Shown one piece after another: positions 1-10,463 of a stretch of 64,000 nucleotides of DNA. The DNA comes from Treponema sp. GTDB lineage: Bacteria; Spirochaetota; Spirochaetia; Treponematales; Treponemataceae. Below the pieces are notes generated by a model. That model was given only the letters and a program-made list of their open reading frames with translations. It was not told the DNA's origin and searched no databases. Both the position numbers and the translations under genes were made by a program. The number at the start of each line of letters is the position of its first letter. Position 1 is the stretch's first letter. Where the stretch lies: assembly GCA_024699235.1 (NCBI GenBank), contig JAILPY010000175.1, positions 10,873 through 74,872 of the forward strand. The letters are read 5' to 3'.

Positions 1-1550
1 TTTCTCATTTTTTCTATGAAAGGATTCGCTGTAGGACCTTCGTAACCGTGGTTATAGCTCCAGTTGCTGTCAGTTCCGTCCCTGTTTTCTTCTCCGTTTT
101 CATCGTTATGCTTGTGATTGTAGCTTACAAGGTCGTTTAGCGTAAATCCGTCATGGCAGGAAACAAAGTTTATGCTGTGATTTGGAGTTCTGCCGGATAT
201 TGAATACAAATCGCTTGATCCTGTGATTCTAGTTGCTGCGCTTGTAGAAGCATTTTCATCCCCTCTCCAGAATCTTCTGATTTCATCGCGGAATTTATCG
301 TTCCATTCTGCCCAGCGGCCTCCAGGAAAGTTTCCTACATGATATGCCCCGCCTGCATCCCAAGGTTCTGCTATAATTTTAGTATTTGCAAGAATAGGGT
401 CTTCAGAAATTGCATTTGTAAGAGGTGGCAAGCTAGGAATGCTTCCGTCAGGATTTCTTGTAAGTATAGAAGCAAGGTCAAAGCGGAATCCGTCTATATG
501 AAAGTCAAGAACCCAGTGATGCAGGCAGTCAAGTATGAAACTCCTTACTATAGGATGGTTGCAGTTAAACGTATTGCCGCAGCCTGAATAGTTCATGTAG
601 TACTCTTTGTGACTGCCAACAAGCATGTAATATATGCTGTTTTCAAATCCTCTGAAACTTATTGAAACTCCATGTTCGTTTCCTTCTGCCGTATGGTTGA
701 ACACAACGTCAAGAATTACTTCTATGTTTGCTTTGTGCAGTTCTTTTACAAGGCGCTTGAATTCTGTTACTACTCCCCCAGGCGTTTTATCTGCTGCAAA
801 ACTTGCTTTTGGAGCAAAAAATGCTGTTGTGCTATAGCCCCAGTAGTTTTGCATGCGCTCTCCTGTACGGGGGTTAATGTTTGTATTTTCAAACTCATCA
901 AATTCGAATATTGGCATAAGCTCTACAGCTGTAATGCCCAAGTCTTTTAAATATGGAATTTTTTCTATGAGTCCGTCATAAGTCCCTGGATTCTGGACTC
1001 CAGAGTCTTTGCCTGCGGTAAATCCTTTTGCGTGAACCTCATATATTATGCTCTCGTGCAAAGGCCTGTTTATCGGCTTGTCTCCTTCCCAGTCAAAGCT
1101 GCTGTCATCTATTACTACGCATTTCGGAAAATTAAATGGATGCATGCCGTCTGAATGTGCTATATCTGATTCATCTACTGGCGGCCGGAAACTTGAAGGA
1201 AGGTTCAGGAATATTGATTCATTTGTAAGAGCCTTTGCGTAGGGATCCAGCAGGAAATCTTTTACATTAAAGCGATGCCCTTTTGAAGGATTGAAGGGAC
1301 CGTCTACCTGATAAAGATACAAAGTTCCTGGCTTTAGTTCCGGTATGAAAATATGCCAGATATCTCCTGTTTTGTTCTGTTCTGGATTAAGCTCTATAAT
1401 GTCAGAGGGTTCTTTATCCCCTGCATCTTGAAACAGATTTATGATTACTCTTGTGCCGTTTCTGCTGAATACTGCAAAATTTACACCATTATCTCTTGGT
1501 TCTGCCCCAAGGGGAAATGGACGTCCCGGCAAGGTATCTTTTATATTCAT
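1..1550 (-). CDS. glgX: Glycogen debranching enzyme (isoamylase, GH13_11); 3' end runs off the window
   Basis: Absent from the ORF track because there is no stop in the window. Manual translation from ATG at 1550 gives MNIKDTLPGRPFPLGAEPRDNGVNFAVFS...GDIWHIFIP...LYQVDGPFNPSKGHRFN; near base 1 it gives INFVSCHDGFTLNDLVSYNHKHNDENGEENRDG in the same frame. Both are classic GlgX motifs. Confidence 0.93.
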   Translation of the reverse strand, partial: MNIKDTLPGRPFPLGAEPRDNGVNFAVFSRNGTRVIINLFQDAGDKEPSDIIELNPEQNKTGDIWHIFIPELKPGTLYLYQVDGPFNPSKGHRFNVKDFLLDPYAKALTNESIFLNLPSSFRPPVDESDIAHSDGMHPFNFPKCVVIDDSSFDWEGDKPINRPLHESIIYEVHAKGFTAGKDSGVQNPGTYDGLIEKIPYLKDLGITAVELMPIFEFDEFENTNINPRTGERMQNYWGYSTTAFFAPKASFAADKTPGGVVTEFKRLVKELHKANIEVILDVVFNHTAEGNEHGVSISFRGFENSIYYMLVGSHKEYYMNYSGCGNTFNCNHPIVRSFILDCLHHWVLDFHIDGFRFDLASILTRNPDGSIPSLPPLTNAISEDPILANTKIIAEPWDAGGAYHVGNFPGGRWAEWNDKFRDEIRRFWRGDENASTSAATRITGSSDLYSISGRTPNHSINFVSCHDGFTLNDLVSYNHKHNDENGEENRDGTDSNWSYNHGYEGPTANPFIEKMR

Positions 1551-1557
1551 AAAAAAT

Positions 1558-1587
1558 ATTATAACAGATAGTATTCATTTTTGCCAA
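1558..1587 (-). promoter_or_regulatory. sigma70-type promoter of glgX (TTGGCA-18-TATAAT, extended -10), likely leaderless
   Basis: Minus strand reads TGT-TATAAT, then 7 nt, then ATG, with no Shine-Dalgarno. Confidence 0.6.
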
Positions 1588-1672
1588 TAAAATTATAAAA
1601 ATTATAATTTTAAGATATTTTAAGAGAAAATCGTTTGAAATTTGCCATGAATGTTTTAATTTACATAGAATT

Positions 1673-2512
1673 TTATAAAGCTATGTCTTTAAATTTCATA
1701 AAAGCATCTTTATACCCTAGGTTAATCAAATTTCTTACATAAGATGGAGAAAAGTTAAAAGTTCCAGCTATGCCTCCTATGCTTTGAGAGGGGCTTATGA
1801 CGATGGATTTCATTCCAGAAATTTTATTAGTCTTTCTTCTTGATTTATATGTGTTCGTACTTGGGGAAAGCTTTACTATTATTGCTGTGCTGCATCCTTC
1901 CCGTACAAGAGGTGCTGTTGGAATGTTACATGCGATGCCTCCGTCATAACATAGTCTGCCTCCGACGTATTCTGGCCTAAAGGCAAATGGGATGGCACTG
2001 CTGGCCAACAGGATTTTTTTTATTGATGCCGGATTGTTGGCGTTCAGATGAAAATATCGTATTCCCCTGTTTGGGAGTATTTCATAACTTGTTGCATATA
2101 GGGAACGCTTTGAATTTTGAATCGTTCCCATTGGAATTGAATTCATTATCTGTATTAATCCTGCTCTGCTGCATATTCCGTTCATTCCAATTTTTAATGC
2201 TGTTCCAAGTAAGTTTGGGCCTAATGTCCTTAATGGCCTTCTGAAAAGCAAGCTCTGTGCAAGGGATGGAATTGTCCTTTGTACAGGAAGGTTCATCCTA
2301 AGGACTGTGTTATAAACGTAACGGGTCCAAATTTCTTCTGCCGTTTTGAAACTTGTTGTATCAAACAGCACTGCATTCATTGCCCCTACTGATGTTCCAG
2401 ATACGACTGATATTCTGTCTGATATTCCTTTTTCTACGAGGTATTTCCATACTCCAAGCTGATAGGCTCCGCGGCCGCCGCCTCCAGCAAGGACTAATCC
2501 TAATTTTTCCAT
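1673..2512 (-). CDS. Patatin-like phospholipase
   Basis: GGGGRG oxyanion loop, GTSVG nucleophile elbow, YDGG catalytic Asp. Confidence 0.88.
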   Translation of the reverse strand: MEKLGLVLAGGGGRGAYQLGVWKYLVEKGISDRISVVSGTSVGAMNAVLFDTTSFKTAEEIWTRYVYNTVLRMNLPVQRTIPSLAQSLLFRRPLRTLGPNLLGTALKIGMNGICSRAGLIQIMNSIPMGTIQNSKRSLYATSYEILPNRGIRYFHLNANNPASIKKILLASSAIPFAFRPEYVGGRLCYDGGIACNIPTAPLVREGCSTAIIVKLSPSTNTYKSRRKTNKISGMKSIVISPSQSIGGIAGTFNFSPSYVRNLINLGYKDAFMKFKDIAL

Positions 2513-2564
2513 GCTGCATGGATAATACCATATTTAACATAAATTTACAAATGGTAACAATTGT

Positions 2565-2951
2565 TTACCTTTTGTTATTGTGTAAATCCTTATGATTTTC
2601 TTTTTTTATTTTTGAAGGCAATTTTTTTGGAGCATCGTGATGGTATGGTACAGGTTCATGATGGGGATTATGCTTCATTTTTGCAGGTGAGGGTTCTGGT
2701 GCTGGTTCTGAATGATGTATTTTATGAGGAGCAGGGGGCATCATATCTGGCTGTTCGTATGCGTCTGTTGTTTCTTCGCAAGATTCTTCAGAGGCAACGG
2801 TTATGTTCCAGTCTACTCCTGTTTCTGAAGAAATGGATATGGTGCTGCTTACTTCTGCATAATCAGATGCAGATGCTGCTGCAAAGGCTGTTCCTGTAAA
2901 CGATGCGGCAATGATGCAAATAAGTGCATTTCTGTAAATCTTTTTACTCAT
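2565..2951 (-). CDS. Hypothetical exported protein with acidic N-terminal half and His/Pro-rich C-terminal half
   Basis: Signal-peptide-like N-terminus (…TAFAAA) and an AGGAG Shine-Dalgarno upstream; low-complexity tail. Confidence 0.7.
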   Translation of the reverse strand: MSKKIYRNALICIIAASFTGTAFAAASASDYAEVSSTISISSETGVDWNITVASEESCEETTDAYEQPDMMPPAPHKIHHSEPAPEPSPAKMKHNPHHEPVPYHHDAPKKLPSKIKKENHKDLHNNKR

Positions 2952-3125
2952 AATGAAATCTCCTGCGTTTATAAAGTCTTTTAGGCTTTTATTATTAACC
3001 TGATGTCTTTAATATAGTGTAAGTTGCATTGCAGTTCATGAGCTGTTTTTAAGATGCTGATAAGAAGGTTCTTAGAATTTATTTTATAAACCTGTAACTA
3101 TTGAATAATCCTAAAGTTTTTTTTA

Positions 3126-3980
3126 ATGCAACTATTTTCTTTTACTGTATATGCTGTTATGTGTGGTAGATTTTATATTCAAGCATTTGTTCTTGCCTTA
3201 TTCTTTTTGCCGCTTACAGGCTGTGTCTCTAATAAAGTCCAGAAATTGCCTGTTGCCTTTAATATTGAAGATTCAGAATGGTCAGATAGGGAAAAAATTC
3301 TTCCTTGGAAAAATTATTCTGATAATTGCAGGATTTCCCGCAGCCTGTTTAAAGAAACAGGTAAATCGTTAAACTATTATATTTTTAAAGACAGCAAAAA
3401 TAAAATCATATACCTTATATTTGAAGACTCTCATAGTATTTCTGACTGGGTAAATGACTTTGATTATGTTGCTCTGTCTTATGAGCATGCACCATATTCT
3501 ATAACGGCTCATGGCGGATTTGTAAAGGTCTGGCAGTCTGGAAGTGAAAAGGTTATGAAGGAATTTGAAGAGGCTATTGCAGAAAATCCTTCGTATGAAT
3601 TGGTTATTACTGGGTGGAGTATGGGCGGTGCTTTTGCTCATTTTGCTGCAGAAGAGTTAAACTGGAAGACCCGCACAGAGAAGGCGGATCCAGATACCGG
3701 TAAAAAAGTTCTGCTCATTACTTACGGTTGTCCCCATCTTCTTTATGGAAGGCCGATGTCTGAATATTTTGCCAGGTGTGTAAAGGCTAGCTATAATTTT
3801 GCGCATGTCAAGGATGGATTCGCACGGCTGCCGCCTGAATCATGGGGCTTTTTTATAGAAAACCGCATAGAAATAGGGCAGAATGATCATAGCAGTAAAA
3901 GTCCTCATGTACGATATGGAGAAAAGGAACTGTATGGCAGCATTCATATTAACGACACTTACATTCAGACAGATGAATGA
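3126..3980 (+). CDS. Lipase class 3 family lipoprotein (start may be ATG 3159)
   Basis: Lipobox-like LPLTGC; AHGGF; ITGWSMGG (GxSxG); TYGCP; DGFARLP. Confidence 0.8.
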   Translation: MQLFSFTVYAVMCGRFYIQAFVLALFFLPLTGCVSNKVQKLPVAFNIEDSEWSDREKILPWKNYSDNCRISRSLFKETGKSLNYYIFKDSKNKIIYLIFEDSHSISDWVNDFDYVALSYEHAPYSITAHGGFVKVWQSGSEKVMKEFEEAIAENPSYELVITGWSMGGAFAHFAAEELNWKTRTEKADPDTGKKVLLITYGCPHLLYGRPMSEYFARCVKASYNFAHVKDGFARLPPESWGFFIENRIEIGQNDHSSKSPHVRYGEKELYGSIHINDTYIQTDE

Positions 3981-3999
3981 AGTGCCGTTAATATTATTC

Positions 4000-4629
4000 T
4001 TAGTATTCTATGGTAAATGTTTTTTCTTCGGTCAGCGTAAAGAATTCTACAAGTGGCAATTTAAATGTTTTCTTTTTTCCTTCTGGAGATTCAAGCGTTA
4101 TATTAAGATTTGCCTTCTTTAAGTCTTCTGCAAGATCTTGTCCGTAAAAGACGCTTATAAGGCTAATGTATTCTTCTTTGCTCATTGGTTCTCCTGTAAA
4201 TACAGGTGCTGCAAGCATTGCAAGGTATTCTTGGAATTCTTCTGGCAGCGACTTTGCAAAGTTCTGCATTTCCTGTGGAGATAGATTTAAAATGAGCTGC
4301 CTTTCTTTTCGAAGCAAAACTTTCTGTGTTGATACTGGCAGAACTGTTCCTAAAACCTTAAAGGAATCATCTCCCGTTGCATTTGCCTTTACATTGTAAA
4401 AAGTGTTGTCCTTCATTCCTTCTTTGATTTTTGAAAGGGTCTCGCTGTCATTGAATGGAATTCCGTACGTATCAAGCAGGTTTTTAAGGGCTTTTCCTGC
4501 CTTGATGCTGACTTCTACATCTACTCTGTTATCTGCCCTTGATTTTATGTAAATAGATGGAGCGCAACTTGTAATTGCAAATAAAACGAGAAGGTAAACT
4601 AGTGAATACAGGTATTTTATTTTCTTCAT
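4000..4629 (-). CDS. Hypothetical lipoprotein
   Basis: 209-aa ORF with basic N-terminus, hydrophobic stretch and LFAITSC lipobox. Confidence 0.7.
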   Translation of the reverse strand: MKKIKYLYSLVYLLVLFAITSCAPSIYIKSRADNRVDVEVSIKAGKALKNLLDTYGIPFNDSETLSKIKEGMKDNTFYNVKANATGDDSFKVLGTVLPVSTQKVLLRKERQLILNLSPQEMQNFAKSLPEEFQEYLAMLAAPVFTGEPMSKEEYISLISVFYGQDLAEDLKKANLNITLESPEGKKKTFKLPLVEFFTLTEEKTFTIEY

Positions 4630-4721
4630 ACAAAAATAATAACAACGCTTGCATTCATAGATTACATATTAGATAAAATCGGTAGGTTAAATCTAATATG
4701 CAATCTTATTAGAATTTGACT

Positions 4722-5693
4722 TTACATTGAATATTTTTGTATAAAGGCTTCTGTTTCTGCAAGCGTAGGCAATGCTGGAATGGCCCCTCGTTTTGTTACG
4801 CACAGTGAGGCAACCGCATTTGCAAAAGAAATGTCTTTTTCTATTTCTTCTTTTGTAAAATCCAAAGGATTTTCTCTTCTTGTAAGGCGGTACAGAAGTC
4901 CTCCGTTAAAGCTGTCTCCTGCTCCAGTTGTGTCTGCAACCTTTACTTTAGGCACTCCAAGTTCTCCGCAAAAACCTTGCTTTGCTGCATAATAAACTCC
5001 TTTAGAGCCAAGAGTAATCATTACAAGAGACGGTCCTAAGGAAAGAATCTCTTTTGCACCTTCTTCATAAGAAATGTCTTTTCCAAACAGAAGGGCGAGT
5101 TCTTCATCAGAAACCTTTACGCTGTCTGCCATCGGGAAAATGCTTTTCATTAAAGGAATTGCATCCTGCCTTCCGTGCCACAGGTTTGCCCTGTAGTTTG
5201 GGTCATAAGAAATAAGGCCTCCTGCTTTTCTTACAGTTTCTATTGCTGCCATTGTCGTGCTCTTTGCAGGTTCGTCTGTAAGGGATAGAGAGCCTATGTG
5301 AAGTATTCTTGCCTGTTCCAGCATAGCTGTGTCTAAGTCTTCTGGCTTTATCTGCGTATCGGCTCCTGGATTACGGCAGAAACTGAATGTCCTTTCTCCG
5401 TTCGGGGCAAGGCTTACGAATGCCAGCGTCGTGTGCTGGGTGTCGCTGTAACGCATTCCGCTTGTGTCAACATTCAGTTCATTCAAAACTGCACGTATGT
5501 CTTCGCCAAATGAATCATGGCCTGTCATTCCTATAAAAGCGCCTTTTCCTCCTAATTTGACAACTGCCGATACGCAGTTTGCAGGAGCTCCTCCCGGATT
5601 CTCTTCATATAATTTCTTTCCGTCAGCATTTGTTCCGGAATATGTAAAATCTATAAGGATTTCTCCTAGTGCGACAACATCATATTTTTTCAT
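4722..5693 (-). CDS. PfkB-family carbohydrate kinase, probable fructokinase
   Basis: GEILIDF, NPGGAPAN, YDPNYR and DTTGAGDSF PfkB signatures; last gene of a sucrose-type operon. Confidence 0.88.
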   Translation of the reverse strand: MKKYDVVALGEILIDFTYSGTNADGKKLYEENPGGAPANCVSAVVKLGGKGAFIGMTGHDSFGEDIRAVLNELNVDTSGMRYSDTQHTTLAFVSLAPNGERTFSFCRNPGADTQIKPEDLDTAMLEQARILHIGSLSLTDEPAKSTTMAAIETVRKAGGLISYDPNYRANLWHGRQDAIPLMKSIFPMADSVKVSDEELALLFGKDISYEEGAKEILSLGPSLVMITLGSKGVYYAAKQGFCGELGVPKVKVADTTGAGDSFNGGLLYRLTRRENPLDFTKEEIEKDISFANAVASLCVTKRGAIPALPTLAETEAFIQKYSM

Positions 5694-5694
5694 T

Positions 5695-8631
5695 TTAGTT
5701 CTCCATTAAAGTCTTTAATCTTTCATACGTCAGTTCTGCTGTTGAAGTTACCTGCATGTCTGCTTTTGTAAGCGATTTATCAGGACTTATTCCCACGGCA
5801 GTAAGGCTTCCTTTTTTGATGGCTTCTACTCCAGCTTCGGCATCTTCGATTCCAACGCAATCATTATACCATGCTCCTGACTTTTCTGCAGCCTCAAGGA
5901 AAATGTCTGCTTCTGGCTTTGCTTTTTGTACATGCGCAGCGTCTGCTATTGCCGTGAAGTATTCACTTATGCCAAGGTATTCAAGCACTGCAGGAGCGTT
6001 CTTGCTGCTTGAAGCAAGCGTTGCAGGAATGTTGTGAGCCTTTAGCTCTTTTAAAAGTGGCAGGATGCCCGGCAGAATGTCTTTTTCTGTAAGACCTTTT
6101 AGAAGTTCCTTGTATCTTTCATTTTTTTGTGTACAGCGTTCTGCTTTTTTTTCTGCAGTCCACTCAACTTTATTTTCTGAAAGAATTACTGCAAGAGACT
6201 CTTCTCTTGAAATGCCTAAAAGTTTTTTATTCATCTCTTTGTCAAACTTTAGGCCTTCTGCATCTGCCATTTCTTTCCATGCCTGGAAATGCAATGGGGC
6301 AGTGTCGGTTATTACTCCATCAAGGTCAAACAGTACAGCTCCAAGTTTCTTTTTAAGGCTAAAAGTCTTGCTTTCGCCGGAAGCAAGTGTAAATGTGCAG
6401 TTTCTGTGTGTCAACTTCAGCCCTGAACCTTTTCTCAAAGTGTATGCTGCACTCTCATTTGTAAGAACAATATCTATGATGCATCCTTTTATTGCAAGAG
6501 AAAAACTTACTTTATTCCATTCTTTTGGAAGCTGAGGATTAAAGGAGTAAATGCCTCCATAATCTCTGAAACCTGCAAATCCGTAAACTATGCCCATCCA
6601 GCTGCCAGCCATGCAGGCTGTATGGATGCCGTCCTTGCTGTTTCCATTTACATCGTCAATATCCATGCGGACCGTCTTGTTAAAGTAATCAAGGGCTTTG
6701 CTCCTGTCACCTGTTTCTGCGGCCATTATGCTCATTATGCAGTGTGATAATGAAGAGTCTCCTGTTGTGTAATGCTCGTAAAAGTTAAAGTTTCGGATTT
6801 TTTCTGCGAGTGTAAATCTTCTGCTGAGCAGAAACTGGGCTAGTACAAAGTCTGGCTGCTTTAAGACTCTGTGCCTGTATATTACGAGAGGGTGGTAGTG
6901 CAGCAGCAATGGATAATTTTCTTTTGGGGTATTTTCAAAATCCCATTCTGCCTTATCCATAAAGCTGTCGTCCTGCGGGTAAACGGCACTGTCTTTGTCA
7001 AATGGTATGTACATGCATTCTGCTGCTTTTTTCCATGATTCTTTTTCTTCTGCTGATGCTGAAGTTCCTGCTCTTGCTGCTGATATTTCTAAATTTTCAC
7101 GGGCCATTAAGTTTGTAAATGCATTGTTATTTACGATTGCAGTATATTCATCAGGTCCGGTTACGTCATTTATGCAGAATGCACCTCCCTTGTGAGGCGT
7201 ATAACTTCCAAGTGATGCATACATTCTTGCTGTTTCTGCAGACATTTCCTGAACGGTATCGCTGTCAAACCCTTCGTCTTTTTCATGAGCATTTAAATAT
7301 CTGTTTAATGCAAACATTATGTCTGCATTTATATGATATTGGGCTGTGCCTGCTGGAAAGTAAGCGCTGGTTTCTTCTCCACTGATTGTTCTCCATGGAT
7401 AGAGGGCGCCTTTAAGGCTCATTTCCTTTGCCCTTTCCTTTGCTTTGTCCAGGATTGAAGCCCTGTATTCTAGCAGCTTTTTGGCTACAGATGGTGCCGT
7501 ATATGTAAATACAGGACATACATAACTTTCTGTGTCCCAGAAGAAATGGCCTTCGTATCCTTCTGATGTAAGTCCTTTTGCTGCAATGCTTACCTTTCCG
7601 CTTCTGCCTGCTGACTGCAGCAAGTGAAAAAGGTTAAACTGAAGGGCTTCTTCTGCTGTAGAACTTCCTTTCTTGCGTTCAGAAGCTTCTTCTATATTAA
7701 TGCGTGCAACATTCCAGAAATCTGTAAGGAATTCTTTCTGTTCTTTGCAGACTTTTTCAAATCCACCGCTGGCAAAGTCTGTACATTCATTCTTTGCCTT
7801 TTCTTCCAGTCCTTCTGATGTCTTATCCCATGAATATGTAATGTATTTTAATAGTGTAAAGGAATCCCCCGCCTTTAAGTCGAATTCAGAGACGCTTTGA
7901 GGAACGTTTTCCTCTGTAAAAGAGAATGTCCATCCTATTTTTTCTTCCGCTACAGTAAGCTTGTTTACTGCCATTCCGCTTAAAAATAAGCCGCTGCGTG
8001 CTGTATGGGCAGAAAAGCTCTGTATGCTTTCCTTATCTTTTTCAATGCAGTTGGCACTGTCAATTATAAGAGGCTTATGACGGAATTTTGCGCCTATTCT
8101 TGGATCTACTTCTGCAAGTATGTTTTCTGCTGTAGTATCTATGTAAGATGTAAGCTTTATATGTTCGTTTTTTTGAGATGTATTTGTTACGCAATAACTT
8201 ATTACAGCACAGTCTGAATGAATAAATGAAACTAGACGCTTGCTTATAAGTTTTATGGAACTTCCCTGCCTGTCGTTCCATGATGTTGTTCGTGTAAGAA
8301 TTCCTGCGTCTTCATCAAGTTCAAGATTGAATGACGTAACCTCACCTTCTTCTCCTGTCATGTCAAAGCTGTGTCCGTTTACAGTTAATTCTATACGCTT
8401 AGGGTCTGGCAGATTCAGTATGGTTTCATGGTTCTTTGCATATCCGTATGCATTTTCTCCATATAAGATGCTTTCGCTGTCATAGAAGCCATTGATATAT
8501 GTTCCTTTATGACTTGTACCGTTTTTTTCTTCAGTATCTCCACGAAATCCTAAATTGCCATTTCCCAAGGTAAACAGAGTTTCGTTTCTTGAAGTATCTG
8601 CTTTTCTAAATCTATCTGTTGAAAATTTCAT
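5695..8631 (-). CDS. GH65 glycoside phosphorylase fused to C-terminal beta-phosphoglucomutase (HAD)
   Basis: GH65 motifs ETLFTLGNGNLGFRG, FWDTE, TGPDEY, KQPD, DSSLS; C-terminal FDLDGVITDT, ASSSKNA, KPEADIF, GIEDA HAD motifs; one uninterrupted 978-aa frame. Confidence 0.9.
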   Translation of the reverse strand: MKFSTDRFRKADTSRNETLFTLGNGNLGFRGDTEEKNGTSHKGTYINGFYDSESILYGENAYGYAKNHETILNLPDPKRIELTVNGHSFDMTGEEGEVTSFNLELDEDAGILTRTTSWNDRQGSSIKLISKRLVSFIHSDCAVISYCVTNTSQKNEHIKLTSYIDTTAENILAEVDPRIGAKFRHKPLIIDSANCIEKDKESIQSFSAHTARSGLFLSGMAVNKLTVAEEKIGWTFSFTEENVPQSVSEFDLKAGDSFTLLKYITYSWDKTSEGLEEKAKNECTDFASGGFEKVCKEQKEFLTDFWNVARINIEEASERKKGSSTAEEALQFNLFHLLQSAGRSGKVSIAAKGLTSEGYEGHFFWDTESYVCPVFTYTAPSVAKKLLEYRASILDKAKERAKEMSLKGALYPWRTISGEETSAYFPAGTAQYHINADIMFALNRYLNAHEKDEGFDSDTVQEMSAETARMYASLGSYTPHKGGAFCINDVTGPDEYTAIVNNNAFTNLMARENLEISAARAGTSASAEEKESWKKAAECMYIPFDKDSAVYPQDDSFMDKAEWDFENTPKENYPLLLHYHPLVIYRHRVLKQPDFVLAQFLLSRRFTLAEKIRNFNFYEHYTTGDSSLSHCIMSIMAAETGDRSKALDYFNKTVRMDIDDVNGNSKDGIHTACMAGSWMGIVYGFAGFRDYGGIYSFNPQLPKEWNKVSFSLAIKGCIIDIVLTNESAAYTLRKGSGLKLTHRNCTFTLASGESKTFSLKKKLGAVLFDLDGVITDTAPLHFQAWKEMADAEGLKFDKEMNKKLLGISREESLAVILSENKVEWTAEKKAERCTQKNERYKELLKGLTEKDILPGILPLLKELKAHNIPATLASSSKNAPAVLEYLGISEYFTAIADAAHVQKAKPEADIFLEAAEKSGAWYNDCVGIEDAEAGVEAIKKGSLTAVGISPDKSLTKADMQVTSTAELTYERLKTLMEN

Positions 8632-8646
8632 ATAATCCTCTATGAA

Positions 8647-10461
8647 TTATTGTATGTTTTCTTTTAACCAACGGACTTCATAAGGTTCTAATTCCTGGGC
8701 CAGATGGTTATCGAATATTCTGCCTGTAAGTAAATCAGTACTGTTTTCTGACCAGGCATCAATCATGAATCGGGCGGGACTGTCAGAGAAATTTATTACT
8801 ACATGAATAGTATCCCTTCTGAATGCAAATACTCTGCTGTCCTGTACGTCATAGAATGTTATGTTTTCTCCTCCCAGCATAGGTTCACTCTGACGTACTT
8901 TTATAATGTCTTTTAAGTAATCTGCAATTTCCTTCTGTGATGCAAATCTAGCAGAATGATTCCAGTCTGTTTTTATTCTATGCACCCATCTGGAATCATC
9001 TCGTTTTGTAGGATCTTCCCTATATGAGTAGTCATTTAATATTGCTTTTTCATCGCCTGCATATAAAAGGGGAATTCCTGGCAAAGCAAATTGGGCTGCA
9101 TACATCATCTTTATGCGTGCAACTGCCATTAACCGCCAGTCAAAGTTGCCTCTCTTTTCTGCCTGTTCAAGGCCGGCCAGGCTTGCCATTGTACCGCAGA
9201 TGCGGCAGTCTCCTGTGGAAGGGTTAAGCTGGAAAGGCTCTCCTGCTCCAAAAGTTCCGTCAAAGCGTCCTGTAAAAAATTTATTAAGGAACTGTCTGTG
9301 CTGATATCCGTTAATTCCAAGCTGTGCTGCATCTTCATCGCTGAAAGTCCAGCCTATGTCATCATGACAGCGAATGTAATTTATCCAGGCACAGTTTTTA
9401 GGGATGTACCACCTTTTCTTTAATGACAGTGTCAGCAGGCGAGTATCTCTTGTTGCTATGGTTGACCAGAATAAAGCCATCTGGAGCGGATTGTAGCTTA
9501 GGCAGCATTCATCCTGATTAATATACTGTATGACCTGATCTGGATGTACGATTGCTTCGCTCTTAAAGTGAAGGGAAGGGCAAGCTATTCGTGCAACATA
9601 CTGAAATGCCTGAATGACTGTGTGTGCCTTTGGAAGGCTTTCGCATACTGTTCCTTTTTCTTTCCATACAAAGGCCAGTGCGTCTAGCCTAAGTACATCT
9701 ACGCCAAGGTTTGCTATAAAAAGCATTTCTTCGCACATTGCGAGGAATACTTCTGGATTTGAATAATTTAAATCCCACTGAAATGAGTTAAAGGTTGTCC
9801 AAACCCATTTCTTCTGCTTTTCAAGATAAGTAAAGGACCCTCTTCTGACTGTAGGAAATATTTCTCGCAATGTAGCATTCCAAGAGTCAACTTCTGACTT
9901 ATCTTTATACATAAAGTAAAAGTTTTTATATTTAGAGTCTCCGCGCAGGGCTTTTTTTGCCCATTCATGTTCATTGCTTGTGTGATTAAATACAAAGTCT
10001 AGCACAAGATGTATTCCATTTTTATGGAATTCCTGTGCGACATATCGGAGATCTTCAATTGTTCCAAGTTTTGGCTGTACGCGGCGGTATGAGCTTATTG
10101 CATAACCGCCGTCATTTTCGCCGTCAGGGCAGTCAAACAGAGGCATGAGATGTACATAGTTTACGCCTAGTTCTTGCAGATAAGGAATCTTGCTTACAAG
10201 ACCCCTTAAGTTTTCTGCAAATAAATCAACATACAGCATTATGCCAACTGTATTTTCTTTTAAATACCATGGGCGGGCTGTACTTTCGCTTATAGCATCC
10301 TCATCATTTTGCTTTAAATATTCAGTGCGTTCAGATGAAGCTTTTTTCATTATTGATTCAAGTCTCCCAAGGATTTTATAAAAATCCCAACGTGAACCGT
10401 ACAAATCATAGAGGCGGGATGTAAGTTCCGCCATATTCTGTTCAAGCTGCTCTTTATACAT
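8647..10461 (-). CDS. Amylosucrase-like GH13_4 enzyme
   Basis: DGGYA, DFVFNHTS, TLREIFP, WVWTTFNSFQWDLNYSNP, LRLDA (nucleophile), KSEAIVHPD (acid/base), CHDDIGW, NPSTGDCR; closely resembles Neisseria amylosucrase motifs as recalled. Confidence 0.88.
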   Translation of the reverse strand: MYKEQLEQNMAELTSRLYDLYGSRWDFYKILGRLESIMKKASSERTEYLKQNDEDAISESTARPWYLKENTVGIMLYVDLFAENLRGLVSKIPYLQELGVNYVHLMPLFDCPDGENDGGYAISSYRRVQPKLGTIEDLRYVAQEFHKNGIHLVLDFVFNHTSNEHEWAKKALRGDSKYKNFYFMYKDKSEVDSWNATLREIFPTVRRGSFTYLEKQKKWVWTTFNSFQWDLNYSNPEVFLAMCEEMLFIANLGVDVLRLDALAFVWKEKGTVCESLPKAHTVIQAFQYVARIACPSLHFKSEAIVHPDQVIQYINQDECCLSYNPLQMALFWSTIATRDTRLLTLSLKKRWYIPKNCAWINYIRCHDDIGWTFSDEDAAQLGINGYQHRQFLNKFFTGRFDGTFGAGEPFQLNPSTGDCRICGTMASLAGLEQAEKRGNFDWRLMAVARIKMMYAAQFALPGIPLLYAGDEKAILNDYSYREDPTKRDDSRWVHRIKTDWNHSARFASQKEIADYLKDIIKVRQSEPMLGGENITFYDVQDSRVFAFRRDTIHVVINFSDSPARFMIDAWSENSTDLLTGRIFDNHLAQELEPYEVRWLKENIQ

Positions 10462-10463
10462 AA

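Noticed and set aside
2541-2585. Second attC-like site after the 128-aa ORF (TAAC-AAAAG…GTTACC…GTAAAT on minus strand)
   Set aside because: About 40 bp, too short; no proper R' box; overlaps the patatin -35 element.
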